Source of the DNA: a virus
Taxonomy: Duplodnaviria > Caudoviricetes
Virus record (IMG/VR): IMGVR_UViG_3300028588_000068
Coordinates: 1 to 30,540 of that record
Strand: one strand, 5' to 3'
DNA length: 30,540 nucleotides
The translations under genes and the position numbers were made by a program. The notes beneath the pieces were generated by a model. It saw nothing but the letters and a program-made list of their open reading frames with translations. It was not told the origin of the DNA and searched no databases. Positions within the stretch are counted from its first letter, which is position 1. Each line of letters starts with the position of its first letter. Positions 15,554 through 25,277 of the stretch are shown piece after piece.

Positions 15554-16665
15554 CACGTCCCCTGTCTCGGCTGCACCTGCAGCGCGATGTTCTCGGTGAG
15601 GTCGCCGGAGTACCCGATGAGCCGGTAGTCGCGGGGGCCGTCGTCGAACCAGCCGTGGTTCTTGAAGTTGAGACGCAGCGGCTGCCCGAGGACGAGGTCG
15701 TTCACTCCGGCGTCTTTGTCCCCTGCGCGGATCGAGAAGCTGACCTGCTCGGTCGGCAGACGGAACGTTGCGAGGTCGGCGTCGGCGTGGCCCTGCAGCC
15801 AGCCCTTGTCGGTGAGGTTGCCGTACATCTCGACGCGCTCGAGGGCAGGCTGGTCGGTGTCCGCGAGGGCCTTCCGGACGAGCTTGTCGCGCTCCTGGCC
15901 GTTCCCGACGGCGTAGATCATGTTGCCGGTCTTCGAGCCGTCCTCCGTGACCTTCAGCTTCGTGATCTTCGGCCGCTCCGCAGCGTTCGGGTACCACTCG
16001 AGAAGGCGCCCCGTGAGGTCACCGACCCGGGACTGCCAGACCAGGCTCGGCTCGAAGGGGTCCTCGGTCCACTGCTGCTGAAAGTCGATGTCGGGGCCGC
16101 CGTACGCGTTCTGCAGCGCCGTCATCTCGGCCTCGACGACGGGCATGTTGTAGTCGTGCCAGATCCGCGTGTGCGGGCCGGTGACGTTCCGCGGCGGCGG
16201 GATGATCGGCAGCGACCAGTTCGGGGCCAGCCCCTGCATGCCCTGCCAGATCAGCCACCCGACCAGCGACTCGATCGTGTTCTTCTCCACGATGAGCTTG
16301 CCGCCGCCCTCGCCCTGGTAGCCGTTCTCCCCGAACGTGCGACGCCGCTTGAATATCTCCCGGATCTCCGAGTGGGTGACCGTGATGCGGTCGGCGTCCT
16401 CGTCCCAGTCCTGGGTGGTGATGACGCCGGCGTACCGGGGCACCCCGTCCCAGGACTGCACGAGGGTCCGCGACCAAGGCGCGGTCAGCACCCTGCGCGA
16501 GTAGTTGCCGCTCGCGTTCGGGCTCGTGCCGAGCGTCGACGCCACGAACGCATGCATGCCGCTCCCGATGCCGTTCAGCACCCGCGAGAACGAGCCCGAG
16601 ACCGGCTCGACTCGGGACAGCTTCTGCCCGTGCACGGTGTCGCAGATGTCGTAGGTCCACGTCAT
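15553..16665 (-). CDS. Minor tail protein (baseplate hub / Tal-like)
   Basis: Start at ATG 16665; about 370 aa; second gene after the tape measure. Confidence 0.75.
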   Translation of the reverse strand: MTWTYDICDTVHGQKLSRVEPVSGSFSRVLNGIGSGMHAFVASTLGTSPNASGNYSRRVLTAPWSRTLVQSWDGVPRYAGVITTQDWDEDADRITVTHSEIREIFKRRRTFGENGYQGEGGGKLIVEKNTIESLVGWLIWQGMQGLAPNWSLPIIPPPRNVTGPHTRIWHDYNMPVVEAEMTALQNAYGGPDIDFQQQWTEDPFEPSLVWQSRVGDLTGRLLEWYPNAAERPKITKLKVTEDGSKTGNMIYAVGNGQERDKLVRKALADTDQPALERVEMYGNLTDKGWLQGHADADLATFRLPTEQVSFSIRAGDKDAGVNDLVLGQPLRLNFKNHGWFDDGPRDYRLIGYSGDLTENIALQVQPRQGT

Positions 16666-17447
16666 ACGTAGGTGTCCTTCACTGTCTGGACGACCGTCAC
16701 CGTCCCGCTGTCGGGGACGATGCGTTGTGCGACGTCGATGCCGGGCGGGATCACCCACGTGTCGGCCTTCGATGTGATGCCGAAGCGCACGGCGCCGCCG
16801 ACGCTGATCTGTCCGCTGCCGAGGTCGATGTCGTGCGCGATGCCCGGGACCAGGGGTGCGCGGACCTTGTAGACCGTGCTGCCGGGCCCGCCGATGGTGT
16901 AGCCCGTCGGATCGTTCCCGGTCACGCGGATCACCGGCGACGCATCGAAGTTGCCCCGGTGGTGTGCGAACCAGCGACCGTCAGCACCAGACGTGAACGG
17001 CCGCGACTCGCCGTACTTCCTCGGGTTCGGGAACCAGAACTGCAGCTGCCAGTCGGCCAACCACGGCGTCCGACCCCGAGGCTCGAACGACGCCTCCGCG
17101 AGACGCCCGAACGCGTACTGCAGGCCCGTCACGCTCTGCACCTGGATGAGGCCCTGGTCGCCGTTGGCGAGCAGCCCCATGAGGCGATCGCCGTGCACCT
17201 CGGTGTCAGCCGCCGACGAGGTCACGCACAGCCCGTCGAGGACGAGCACGCGCGCCCCGCGAGTGCCGCGGGCGTCGTGCGAGCCGTGGGCGTTGGGCCG
17301 TGCGACGTCTTCACGCCGCACGGCCAGCCCGCCACGCCACCCCTTGAACCCGTCCGGCAGCAGGTAGTAGCCCCGAGGGGCGTTGGGGCCCGCTGGCCTG
17401 CCGAAGATGGGGAGCCCTGCCGCGTCGATACGCAGAACGTCGTGCAT
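16662..17447 (-). CDS. Minor tail protein (distal tail, Dit-like)
   Basis: Start at ATG 17447; directly after the tape measure; F..P.P.KY and G...A.P.I.V.G patterns. Confidence 0.75.
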   Translation of the reverse strand: MHDVLRIDAAGLPIFGRPAGPNAPRGYYLLPDGFKGWRGGLAVRREDVARPNAHGSHDARGTRGARVLVLDGLCVTSSAADTEVHGDRLMGLLANGDQGLIQVQSVTGLQYAFGRLAEASFEPRGRTPWLADWQLQFWFPNPRKYGESRPFTSGADGRWFAHHRGNFDASPVIRVTGNDPTGYTIGGPGSTVYKVRAPLVPGIAHDIDLGSGQISVGGAVRFGITSKADTWVIPPGIDVAQRIVPDSGTVTVVQTVKDTYV

Positions 17448-17449
17448 GG

Positions 17450-20400
17450 CTACCCCATCCTCATTCGTCGGGCGAGCTTCTCGGCCGCGATCGTGCCGAT
17501 CGTCTCCTCGTCCATGCCCGGTGCCGGGTGGACGTGGAGCTGCGGGGCGTTCCCGGCAGCGGCAGCAGAGCCGCCACCGGTAGCGGCCGCGGCGCCTCCT
17601 GCGAGGGCCCCGGCCGTGTTGACCTGCAGCGACTTGGTGAGGTCGATCGCATTCGGCGGGAAGCCCCCGGCGAACTCGTCGACGATCGCCCGCGACGACG
17701 CCGCGATCTGGCGCCACCCAGCACCCGACAGCGGGCCCTTCTTCGCCGGCGAATGCGGGAAGAAGTCGGTGACCGTCGAGATGATGTCGCCCGCGACCTT
17801 GCCGACCGAGCCGATCATGTCCTTCAGGCCGTCGATGAAGCTGCCGACCAGATCCTTGCCGGACTCGAACAGCGAGTCGCCGGCGCCCTTGAAGATGTCG
17901 ATGATCGTCCCGGGGATGGCCCCGATGATGTCGACGATCCCCGTCACGGCGCCGGTGATGGTGTCCCAGATCCCCGTGAAGATCTGCTTGATGCCCTCGA
18001 ACGCCATCGACCAGTTGCCGGTGAAGACGCCCGTCAGGAACGTGATCACCCCCGTGAGGATGGTGATCAGCCCCTGGATGACAGGCATCAGCGCACCGAT
18101 GATCGTCCCCGCCAGGCCCAGGATCGGGCCGAGGATGGACACGAACAGCCCGATGAGCGGCGGGAGGATCGCGCCGACCAGCTGCAGCAGCGGAGCGATG
18201 AGGCCGAGCAGCGGCTGGATCAGCCCGAGCACCGCGGTGATGATCGGCATGATGACGGGCACGAGCTGTGCGATCAGCCCCAGGAACAGGGTGAACACCG
18301 GCCCGAGGGCCGTCAGCACGGTGCCGAGCACGGTCCCGAGAGTCGTCGCGATCTGCACGATGACCGGGATGAGCGACATGATCAGCGGCGTTAGGGTCTG
18401 CAGCGCAGTCCCCAGCACCCCGGCGATCATGGTCGCGAGCTGCACCAGGATCGGCATCACGACGACGAGCGCCCCGGCGAGCGCGTCCGCGAGTGCAGCA
18501 GCCACCTGAGCGACGAGCTGCACGATTGGAAGGAGCACCGGGATGAGCGCCCCGATGATGCCGAGAAGCGGCCCCAGCAGCGGCAGGACCGCGAGCAGGG
18601 CGGTCGCCAGCGCGCTCCCGATTGACGCCAGGGCAGGCGCGAGCGCGGACACGATCTGGGTGATGACAGGCGCCAGCGTCGACGCGAGCTGCGCCAGGAT
18701 CGGCGCAATCGTCGAGAACGCCTGACCGAGCGCATCCCGCAGCTCCGGCGACTGCGTCAGCAGCGCCGCGATGATCCCCAAGATGAGCCCGAGCGGACCA
18801 CTGATGGCAGGCAGCAGACCGCCGATGAGCGGCAGCCGCCCGAGCAGTCCGCTGATGCCGGCGACTACGAGGCCGATGACCGGGGCCAGGACCGCGAAGA
18901 TCTGGCCGAGTCCGTCGAAGCTCGACAGGTCGATCTGCAGCGAGAACGATTCCTTGACCCTCGCGAAGAAGCCCTGCAGCTTCTCGAGGACCGGCAGCAC
19001 CCGCGACGCGATCGCCGTCGAGACGACCTCGACGAACGGGGCCACCGCCTTCGACGCCGCGTCGAACCCGGCCGTGATCGTCTTGAACAGCGGCCCGAGG
19101 ATCGGGAAAAGGCCCTGCAGGAGCGCGGCGCCGAACCGGTTCATGGACGCCTGCATGTTGGCGAACGTGCCGGTGGTCGTCTTACCCATCTCGCCCGCGA
19201 CCGCACCGGACATGTCCTGCAGCACGCTGACGAACGTCTTCGCGTCGACCTCGCCGGCCGACACCATCTCGCGCAGCTTCTCCTGCGAGACGCCGTACCG
19301 CTCAGCGAGCTTCGTGAAGATCGGCAGGCCGCGGTCGGCGATCTGCTGGATCTCCGCCGTGTAGGCGCGACCACCGGTCTGCACCTTGTTGACGATCGAG
19401 CCCATCTCCGACAGGCCCACGCCCGCCGCAGCTGCCGACGACACGATCGCCTGCAGATAGGTGTCGAGCTCCTCGCCCGGCTTCACACCAGCAGCGACCG
19501 CCGTAGCGGAAATCGTCGCAGCGTCCGCCAGCGAGAACATCGTCCCCGTGACGGACTTGCTCGCCGAGTCCATGATCTTCAGGACGTCGTCAGCGGTGTT
19601 ACCGAGACCGCGGAGCTTCGCCTGCGCGTTCTCGATCGCGGTCAGGCGGTTGAAGCCGCCCACGAGCGAGACCCCGACGGTGGCCGCGATGACTGTCGCG
19701 GCGCCCTTGAAGGTCGAGGTGACAGCGGCGGCCGCGTCGGACGCGATCGAGCGGACGCCCGCCATGGCGGACGAGAAGCCGCGGGAGATGGCCCCACCAG
19801 CGGCAGAGCCCGCCGAGGCAGCGAGGCCAGGCAGCGCCCCGAAGGCGGACGCGGCCGACGACCGGACCGTGCTGAACGTGCTCGACACGACGCGGCCCAG
19901 GGGCGCCAGCGTACGAGTGACCGGGCTCAGTGCCGAGCTGACCGACGAGCCGACTCGCTTCGAGAACGAGGACGCCTCGGTCGCCGCCGTGCGGATCGAC
20001 GTCGACACCGACCGGAAGGTCGTGCCTGCGACTCCGCCGATCGTGCCGAGCACCCCCGAGAACGAGGAGGCCGCGGCACGGGAGTCGCGGAAGCCGGATA
20101 CGAACGAGCCGGTGGCGCGCTCCGCCGGGCGGAAGGCTGCGCGGATCGACCCGCCGAGCGTGCCGGCGACACCGGAGAACCGGGAGGCCGCGAAGGCGGA
20201 GTCCGTGAACCCGGTGACAAGGGACGCGAGCGCCCGCCTGGCCGGCGCGGTGATGCGGGCCATGAGCCCGCCCACGGTTCCCGCGACACCCGTGAACGCA
20301 GACGCAGCTGCGCGGGAGTCTGCGAACCCCGACCGGAAGTCGGAGAACATCATCCCGAAGCCGGCGCGCGCCTTCTTCGTCGCCGTCGACTCGGCCTCAG

Positions 20401-20881
20401 TGACAGCGCTCAGACGCGCCTTGGCTGCCGACAGTGCGTCAGACGAAGACGTCGTGCGCTCCTGCGCCACAGCGAGGTTGCGCTGCGCCGAAGCCAGTCG
20501 CTCCTCGGCAGCAACGGCACGCGACGACTCGGCGCCGCCCTTCGCCCGAGCCTCGGCCAGGGCGATCTCTGCGACCCGGACGCGGCCCGCAGCGTCCTGC
20601 TCGCGCAGACGGGCCGTGGACAGCGCCCGGGAGGACTTCGCGACATCCGAGTTGATCCGCTTCAGCACGTCGTCAGACGCGCCAGCGGACGACTGCGCGA
20701 ACGCCTTCTTGAAGCCGCGCCCGGCAGCCGTGCCGGTCGCGTCACCGGCGCCGCTGAAGGCCTTCTTGAAGCGACGGCTGGACTCGTTCGTGCTGCCGTC
20801 CACCTCGCGGCTGACAGCCTTGCGGAAGCCACGGAACGTGGGGAAGATCGCTACCTGGCCGGAGCCGACTTCGCTGGACAC
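17450..20881 (-). CDS. Tape measure protein
   Basis: 1143 aa, Ala/Gly-rich, with tape-measure core (GGFNRL.AIENAQAKL.GLG, QIADRGLPI, MVSAGEV) and amphipathic repeats. Confidence 0.95.
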   Translation of the reverse strand: MSSEVGSGQVAIFPTFRGFRKAVSREVDGSTNESSRRFKKAFSGAGDATGTAAGRGFKKAFAQSSAGASDDVLKRINSDVAKSSRALSTARLREQDAAGRVRVAEIALAEARAKGGAESSRAVAAEERLASAQRNLAVAQERTTSSSDALSAAKARLSAVTEAESTATKKARAGFGMMFSDFRSGFADSRAAASAFTGVAGTVGGLMARITAPARRALASLVTGFTDSAFAASRFSGVAGTLGGSIRAAFRPAERATGSFVSGFRDSRAAASSFSGVLGTIGGVAGTTFRSVSTSIRTAATEASSFSKRVGSSVSSALSPVTRTLAPLGRVVSSTFSTVRSSAASAFGALPGLAASAGSAAGGAISRGFSSAMAGVRSIASDAAAAVTSTFKGAATVIAATVGVSLVGGFNRLTAIENAQAKLRGLGNTADDVLKIMDSASKSVTGTMFSLADAATISATAVAAGVKPGEELDTYLQAIVSSAAAAGVGLSEMGSIVNKVQTGGRAYTAEIQQIADRGLPIFTKLAERYGVSQEKLREMVSAGEVDAKTFVSVLQDMSGAVAGEMGKTTTGTFANMQASMNRFGAALLQGLFPILGPLFKTITAGFDAASKAVAPFVEVVSTAIASRVLPVLEKLQGFFARVKESFSLQIDLSSFDGLGQIFAVLAPVIGLVVAGISGLLGRLPLIGGLLPAISGPLGLILGIIAALLTQSPELRDALGQAFSTIAPILAQLASTLAPVITQIVSALAPALASIGSALATALLAVLPLLGPLLGIIGALIPVLLPIVQLVAQVAAALADALAGALVVVMPILVQLATMIAGVLGTALQTLTPLIMSLIPVIVQIATTLGTVLGTVLTALGPVFTLFLGLIAQLVPVIMPIITAVLGLIQPLLGLIAPLLQLVGAILPPLIGLFVSILGPILGLAGTIIGALMPVIQGLITILTGVITFLTGVFTGNWSMAFEGIKQIFTGIWDTITGAVTGIVDIIGAIPGTIIDIFKGAGDSLFESGKDLVGSFIDGLKDMIGSVGKVAGDIISTVTDFFPHSPAKKGPLSGAGWRQIAASSRAIVDEFAGGFPPNAIDLTKSLQVNTAGALAGGAAAATGGGSAAAAGNAPQLHVHPAPGMDEETIGTIAAEKLARRMRMG

Positions 20882-20901
20882 AGGGCGACCTCCTCAGATG
20901 A

Positions 20902-21285
20902 TCAGTCGAAAGCGGACCGGGCGGCCAGCTCCTTCTTCAGCCGTGCACGGTCCTCGTCGCTGACGGGCTCCTCGTGCTGCACCTCATCCCAGGGCTTCGG
21001 GAACACGATGGGCTTGTCGGACTTGCCCTTGAAGCCGTTCAGGATCGCCTCGGCCAGGGCGACGTCGGCGACCTCGCCCCAGGACGTCGGCCACAGCCAC
21101 TCGCGCAGCGACGCCTGCAGGTGTGACCCGGGCTGCCGGCTCAGCCCATACACGAGGTCGGCGGCCTCGTCGTAGGAGACGAGACCGCCGATGTCGTCGA
21201 GCGACAGGTGGAACTGGCTGCGGAAGTCGAACCGCAGAGCGCGCTCGTGCGCCTCGACTACTTGGACGAGCGCGCGGATTCCCCC
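20902..21285 (-). CDS. Tail assembly chaperone, frameshift extension (G-T type)
   Basis: Open -1 frame (GIRALVQVVEAHERALRFDFRSQF...) entered at the GGGGGAA slippery site; no separate strong start. Confidence 0.75.
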   Translation of the reverse strand, partial: GGIRALVQVVEAHERALRFDFRSQFHLSLDDIGGLVSYDEAADLVYGLSRQPGSHLQASLREWLWPTSWGEVADVALAEAILNGFKGKSDKPIVFPKPWDEVQHEEPVSDEDRARLKKELAARSAFD

Positions 21286-21755
21286 ATGGATGCCTTCGCC
21301 TTCTTCTCGAACTCCTCGAAGAAGCGGACGACGACGCCCATGGTCTCGAGGATGCCGAGGTTCTCGAGCTTCTCCGACGCCGTGCTGTCGCCGAGGGCCT
21401 CGAGGATCGAGAAGAGCTGGTCGAGCTCCTCCTGGTCGCCGCCGATCTTGCGGAAGACCTTCGTGGGGATGTCGAGCGGAAGCACGAGCTCGCCCTGGCT
21501 CGACGTCTGCACGTGCAGCTTGGCCTCGATGACGAGGAACCGAGGGCGTCCGTTCATCACCGCCGGGTACATCGGCTCGACGTCGGCCTCGTCCTCGGGG
21601 TCGAAGACGGCGTCGGTCACGGGCGGGACAGACAGGACGCGGGCCAGGAGGTCGCTCTTCGTCGACGCTCCGGCGGTCGAGATGTCGTTCTCGGTGGCGT
21701 AGGTCTTGAGCTGCGCCACGGTCCAGCTCTTGGAGGGGGTGTCTGTGGTGGTCAT
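21258..21755 (-). CDS. Tail assembly chaperone (G) with N-terminal HeH/LEM-like motif
   Basis: Start at ATG 21755 with GAAGGA RBS; lies between major tail and tape measure genes; ends MGESARSSK. Confidence 0.8.
   Translation of the reverse strand: MTTTDTPSKSWTVAQLKTYATENDISTAGASTKSDLLARVLSVPPVTDAVFDPEDEADVEPMYPAVMNGRPRFLVIEAKLHVQTSSQGELVLPLDIPTKVFRKIGGDQEELDQLFSILEALGDSTASEKLENLGILETMGVVVRFFEEFEKKAKASMGESARSSK
21279..21285 (-). promoter_or_regulatory. Programmed -1 frameshift site GGGGGAA
   Basis: ATG GGG GAA near the end of the chaperone gene; the -1 frame stays open to 20902. Confidence 0.75.
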
Positions 21756-21843
21756 GCGGATGTCCTTCGTTCGCGGATGTGGGTGCGGATGAGGGGTGGA
21801 ACCGGGGCCGCGGCATCCGCTCCGCAGCCCCGGGGTCAGTGGG

Positions 21844-22431
21844 TCAGGCCGCCGGCGCGGCGACGGCGGGCGGCAGGAGCCACTCACCGAGGTGCTCGTT
21901 GGCGAGGAGCGGCGAGCGCTCGATCTTGAACGTGACCGTGACGCCGTTGACCTCGCCGCGGGTCGACTGGTCGAGGGCGATCGCGGAGACGCTCGCGACA
22001 GCCGCGACGCGCCTCCGGATGACGCCGTTCTTGAAGATCTCCTCGGTGAAGATCACGAACTGGGTGGCGTGACCACCAGCGTCGATCGTGATGTAGCCGT
22101 TCGCGTCGGGGACCTTGCCGAACGTGAGCTCGCGCACGATGTTGTCGTACTGGGCCAGACCGACCTCGAGGGTCGCGTTCGCGAGGCCCGACGGGATCGA
22201 GTAGCCCTCCTGGAAGAAGACGATCGGGTCGCCGTCGGCCTCGAGTGTCCAGTTGAAGCCACCGTCCTCCTTGAAGAGACCGGCCTTGCGGAACGCGGCG
22301 GGCAGCTTGAAGTCGGCCGCGCCGCCCGCGGCGGGGGTGGGGATGGCGGTCCCGATGGGGGCGAACCCGAGGGACCCCGTTACCGGGAGTCCGACGGCGG
22401 CAACGTCGTTGCCGAGGGTGTCTGCAGACAT
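21844..22431 (-). CDS. Major tail protein
   Basis: 195 aa, GAAGGAG RBS, AP.GT..P and G.F.EDGG patterns, expected synteny. Confidence 0.85.
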   Translation of the reverse strand: MSADTLGNDVAAVGLPVTGSLGFAPIGTAIPTPAAGGAADFKLPAAFRKAGLFKEDGGFNWTLEADGDPIVFFQEGYSIPSGLANATLEVGLAQYDNIVRELTFGKVPDANGYITIDAGGHATQFVIFTEEIFKNGVIRRRVAAVASVSAIALDQSTRGEVNGVTVTFKIERSPLLANEHLGEWLLPPAVAAPAA

Positions 22432-22501
22432 GTGTGCTCCTTCAATGCAGAAACCCCCGGCCAGATGGCCGAGGGCGGTGGATGTGTGGTGTGCGGATGG
22501 G

Positions 22502-22927
22502 TCAGAAGGGGGTGCCAGCGACGACGTAAGTGATCGTCATGTACCGCCGGAACCGGGGCTGCTCCTCGGCAACCCAGAACGGGCCGTTCACGCTGCCGTC
22601 GATCACGGCCGCGACGGGGTTGCCCGACTCAAGCCCGGGGATGGTGCGCGCGATCGCGGCGCCGACCAGCGAGAGCGTCATGCAGTCGGTCTCGGTCTCA
22701 GCAAGGAACGAGATCCCGACGCTGCGCTCGGCGGACACGACCGACGTGTCGGGGCCGGAATCGTCACGGATGACCACGAGACGGGTAGGGAAGGACTGAC
22801 CGGGTTCCGGCTCGCGGCGGTCGACGTCGACGCCCTGACAGGCACCCTCGGGACGCTCGTCGAGCTCGGTGCGGAACCGCTGCGTGAGGTAGCGCTCGAG
22901 GTCTGCGTGGATCACGGTGCTAGCCAC
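22502..22927 (-). CDS. Tail terminator
   Basis: 141 aa, VVIRDDSGP pattern, immediately upstream of the major tail gene. Confidence 0.7.
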   Translation of the reverse strand: MASTVIHADLERYLTQRFRTELDERPEGACQGVDVDRREPEPGQSFPTRLVVIRDDSGPDTSVVSAERSVGISFLAETETDCMTLSLVGAAIARTIPGLESGNPVAAVIDGSVNGPFWVAEEQPRFRRYMTITYVVAGTPF

Positions 22928-23189
22928 GGCCCGCCTTCCTCAGCGCACGGACCAGATTCCCGGTCTTGGACTCGACGAGCATCGTCTTCCAGTCGGTGCC
23001 CTTCACAAGGAACACGGTCCGATTCTTCGACTCGCGCTTCACGACTTCGATGCCAGCGACGTAGTCCCCGCTGTCGACCGGCGCGCCCGCACGGGCCTCG
23101 TTCGCCACCTTGTCGGCCGCGGCTTTCGTCAGGCGCTCAACGCCGGCGGAGCGGCCCATCTCCTCAAAGAACGCGTCACGGAACTGCAT
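22920..23189 (-). CDS. HK97 gp10-like neck/tail-completion protein
   Basis: Start at ATG 23189; APVDSGDY motif; VESKTGNL.RAL. Confidence 0.75.
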   Translation of the reverse strand: MQFRDAFFEEMGRSAGVERLTKAAADKVANEARAGAPVDSGDYVAGIEVVKRESKNRTVFLVKGTDWKTMLVESKTGNLVRALRKAGRG

Positions 23190-23530
23190 CAGCCCTCCAC
23201 GAGCGTCAGAGCGCACTCCATGACCGGCTGCCACCCCGTGAACGGGTTCACGTCAGCGGAAGGCTTCTCGGTCACCTGATACGTGTCGGGGCCCACCACA
23301 ATGCGGTCACCCACAGCGACGTCAGAGTCAGGCGGGCAGTACAGGCTCTTCGAGGTGATGACCTGCTGGCGGATGGCGTCGGCCGTCGCGGTGCTCGATG
23401 ACGACGCGACCCAGGCGCCCTCGATGCGGAGGTCTGTCGCGTTCGCCCAGTCCTCCCGGCGGGTCGTCGTTCCATAGGACTTCGTCACACCTGCGCGACG
23501 GCGGGTGACCGTCTGTCCGTTGGCGAACAT
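23189..23530 (-). CDS. Head-to-tail stopper
   Basis: 113 aa, D....DRI.V....Y.V...P pattern, synteny. Confidence 0.75.
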   Translation of the reverse strand: MFANGQTVTRRRAGVTKSYGTTTRREDWANATDLRIEGAWVASSSSTATADAIRQQVITSKSLYCPPDSDVAVGDRIVVGPDTYQVTEKPSADVNPFTGWQPVMECALTLVEG

Positions 23531-23931
23531 CAGAACTCCTCTGTGACGTCCGGCGAAAGGTTTCCGAAGCGCTGTCCGTAGGGAGCGGCCATGCGGTGCG
23601 TGCGGGCACCGGAGCTGCCGCCTCGGGCCACTTCGTCGAGCTGAGCGAGTTCCTCAGGAAGGAACCATGCGCCGAGGGCCGAGCGCGAGTTCCAGCGGAC
23701 TGCGGCGGGGCCGACGGACTGCTGGTCGACCATGGCACTGCCCTTGTCAACGCGGCGACCGATTGCGTCGGCCGCCGCGTTGACGAAGATGGGCCTGACC
23801 TTGTCGGTGATGCGATCGCCGTAGCGCGCGCCGAGCAGCGGACCGAGCGCGGTGAGCCAGCTTGAGACTCTTGCGTCGGCCTGTTGCTTCGCGGTGAGGA
23901 ACGGTTTCACGTCGTCGACCGTCAGGTCCAT
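23530..23931 (-). CDS. Head-to-tail adaptor
   Basis: 133 aa, QQSVGP and FLPEEL..L patterns, synteny. Confidence 0.7.
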   Translation of the reverse strand: MDLTVDDVKPFLTAKQQADARVSSWLTALGPLLGARYGDRITDKVRPIFVNAAADAIGRRVDKGSAMVDQQSVGPAAVRWNSRSALGAWFLPEELAQLDEVARGGSSGARTHRMAAPYGQRFGNLSPDVTEEF

Positions 23932-23940
23932 GGGCTTCTC

Positions 23941-24264
23941 CTACTCGGAGTCGGCGCCCGTGGGCGCGGCGGGGGTGACGGGGTTGCCGTCGTCGTCGAG
24001 CTGCGGGGCGGGCTCGATGGGCTTGCCGACCGCGATCGCGGCGAGCAGGTCGTCCTTCTTCGTCGCGCCGTCGAGGTCGATCGAGTGCTCGGCCGCGTAG
24101 GTCACGAGGTCCTCGTTCTTCCAGGACTTGTCCGGCCCGACGGACTCGGGCGTGGGCTCGACGGGCTTCGTACCCGCACGGGTCCAGCCCTTGTCGAGGT
24201 AGTACGCCTCGGTCTCGGCCGGAACGGTCACCGTCTGCCCCTTGGGGTGGATGAGGGCGCCCAT
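23941..24264 (-). CDS. Hypothetical capsid-adjacent protein with HeH/LEM-like motif
   Basis: Start at ATG 24264 coupled to the capsid stop; SWKNEDLVTYAAEHSIDLDGATKKDDLLAAI. Confidence 0.75.
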   Translation of the reverse strand: MGALIHPKGQTVTVPAETEAYYLDKGWTRAGTKPVEPTPESVGPDKSWKNEDLVTYAAEHSIDLDGATKKDDLLAAIAVGKPIEPAPQLDDDGNPVTPAAPTGADSE

Positions 24265-25220
24265 CAGGCACCCGCTCCAGCAGCAGCGGGGATCACGGCA
24301 CCGACGGGCTCGGACAGCTGACCCGAGGGGTTCCGGGTGTTGCCGAGGACGTAGGCGTAGCGGGCCTTGAACCGGAGGGCGACCATGTCGCGCTCGGCGA
24401 GGTTGATCTGGTTCTCGCCGGTGCCGATGGTGGCCTGGTCGAGGAACTTGACGGTGATGTCCTGACGGACGCCCATCAGGACTCGGCTGCGGTCGGCGAC
24501 GAGGGCGGTGGCGCGGGTGTTGTCCCACGAACCGTTCTTCGCGAACGCGGCGTCGAGGCCGGCGATGTTGTCCTGGACCTGGCCGGCCTCGCCGAGGGCA
24601 CGCTGGTAGATCGCCTGCCCGTCGGCGCCGCGCAGGTTCGCGAGGCGGAACCGGAGACCCGACGCGGAGATGATCGTGGTCGGGTCGGCGCCCGAGTCGG
24701 CCACGGCGCCGGCGGCCTGCAGGATGGAGCCCGCGAGGTCGTTGACGCCGGGTGTGGTCGACGTCTGGAACACGTTGCCGGCGGCGGTCGCCGCGGCGAG
24801 CAGGTCGAGGCTCGACCACGTGGCGGGCTTGTTCTGTCCGAAGAAGACGGCCTGGTCGAGCTTCTTACCGATGGCCGTGCCGCCGAGGACGGTGATGTTG
24901 GCGAGGATGTCTTCCGTCGCGTCGTCGATCGTGTTCTCGTGCACGGGCACGATGACGGCGATCTCTTCGACGACGAACTGCTTGTTGCCCCACGTGACCT
25001 TGGACGTCGGCTTGACGCCGCTGTCGTCCGTGGCGCTCTCGGAGACCCAGTAGGCCTCGGGAAGCGTCGCGAGGACGGGCGCGTTCGTGATGCGCGTGCC
25101 CAGGGGCACGTTGGTGAACGCGGAGAGGGACGCGGACTCGGCCGCCGCCGTGCTGAGGAGGAGATTCGAGTACTCCTCCTGGATGAGGGTCGCGACGTCG
25201 TCGCGGGTGATGTCTGCCAT
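24264..25220 (-). CDS. Major capsid protein (HK97 fold)
   Basis: 318 aa, A.WVSE..KP, IAVIVPV, INLAERDMVALRF; GAAGGAG RBS. Confidence 0.93.
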   Translation of the reverse strand: MADITRDDVATLIQEEYSNLLLSTAAAESASLSAFTNVPLGTRITNAPVLATLPEAYWVSESATDDSGVKPTSKVTWGNKQFVVEEIAVIVPVHENTIDDATEDILANITVLGGTAIGKKLDQAVFFGQNKPATWSSLDLLAAATAAGNVFQTSTTPGVNDLAGSILQAAGAVADSGADPTTIISASGLRFRLANLRGADGQAIYQRALGEAGQVQDNIAGLDAAFAKNGSWDNTRATALVADRSRVLMGVRQDITVKFLDQATIGTGENQINLAERDMVALRFKARYAYVLGNTRNPSGQLSEPVGAVIPAAAGAGA

Positions 25221-25277
25221 GGCAGAGCGCTCCTTCAGGGTTAGCCGCCGGCGGCGGCACGAGGGGTGAGGGTCGAG

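Noticed and set aside
468-24819. Long Arg/Pro-rich N-terminal extensions in the ORF track (e.g. 468-1502, 4929-6143, 10721-12532, 23941-24819)
   Set aside because: They overlap real upstream genes in another frame. Internal starts with stop-start coupling or an RBS fit better.
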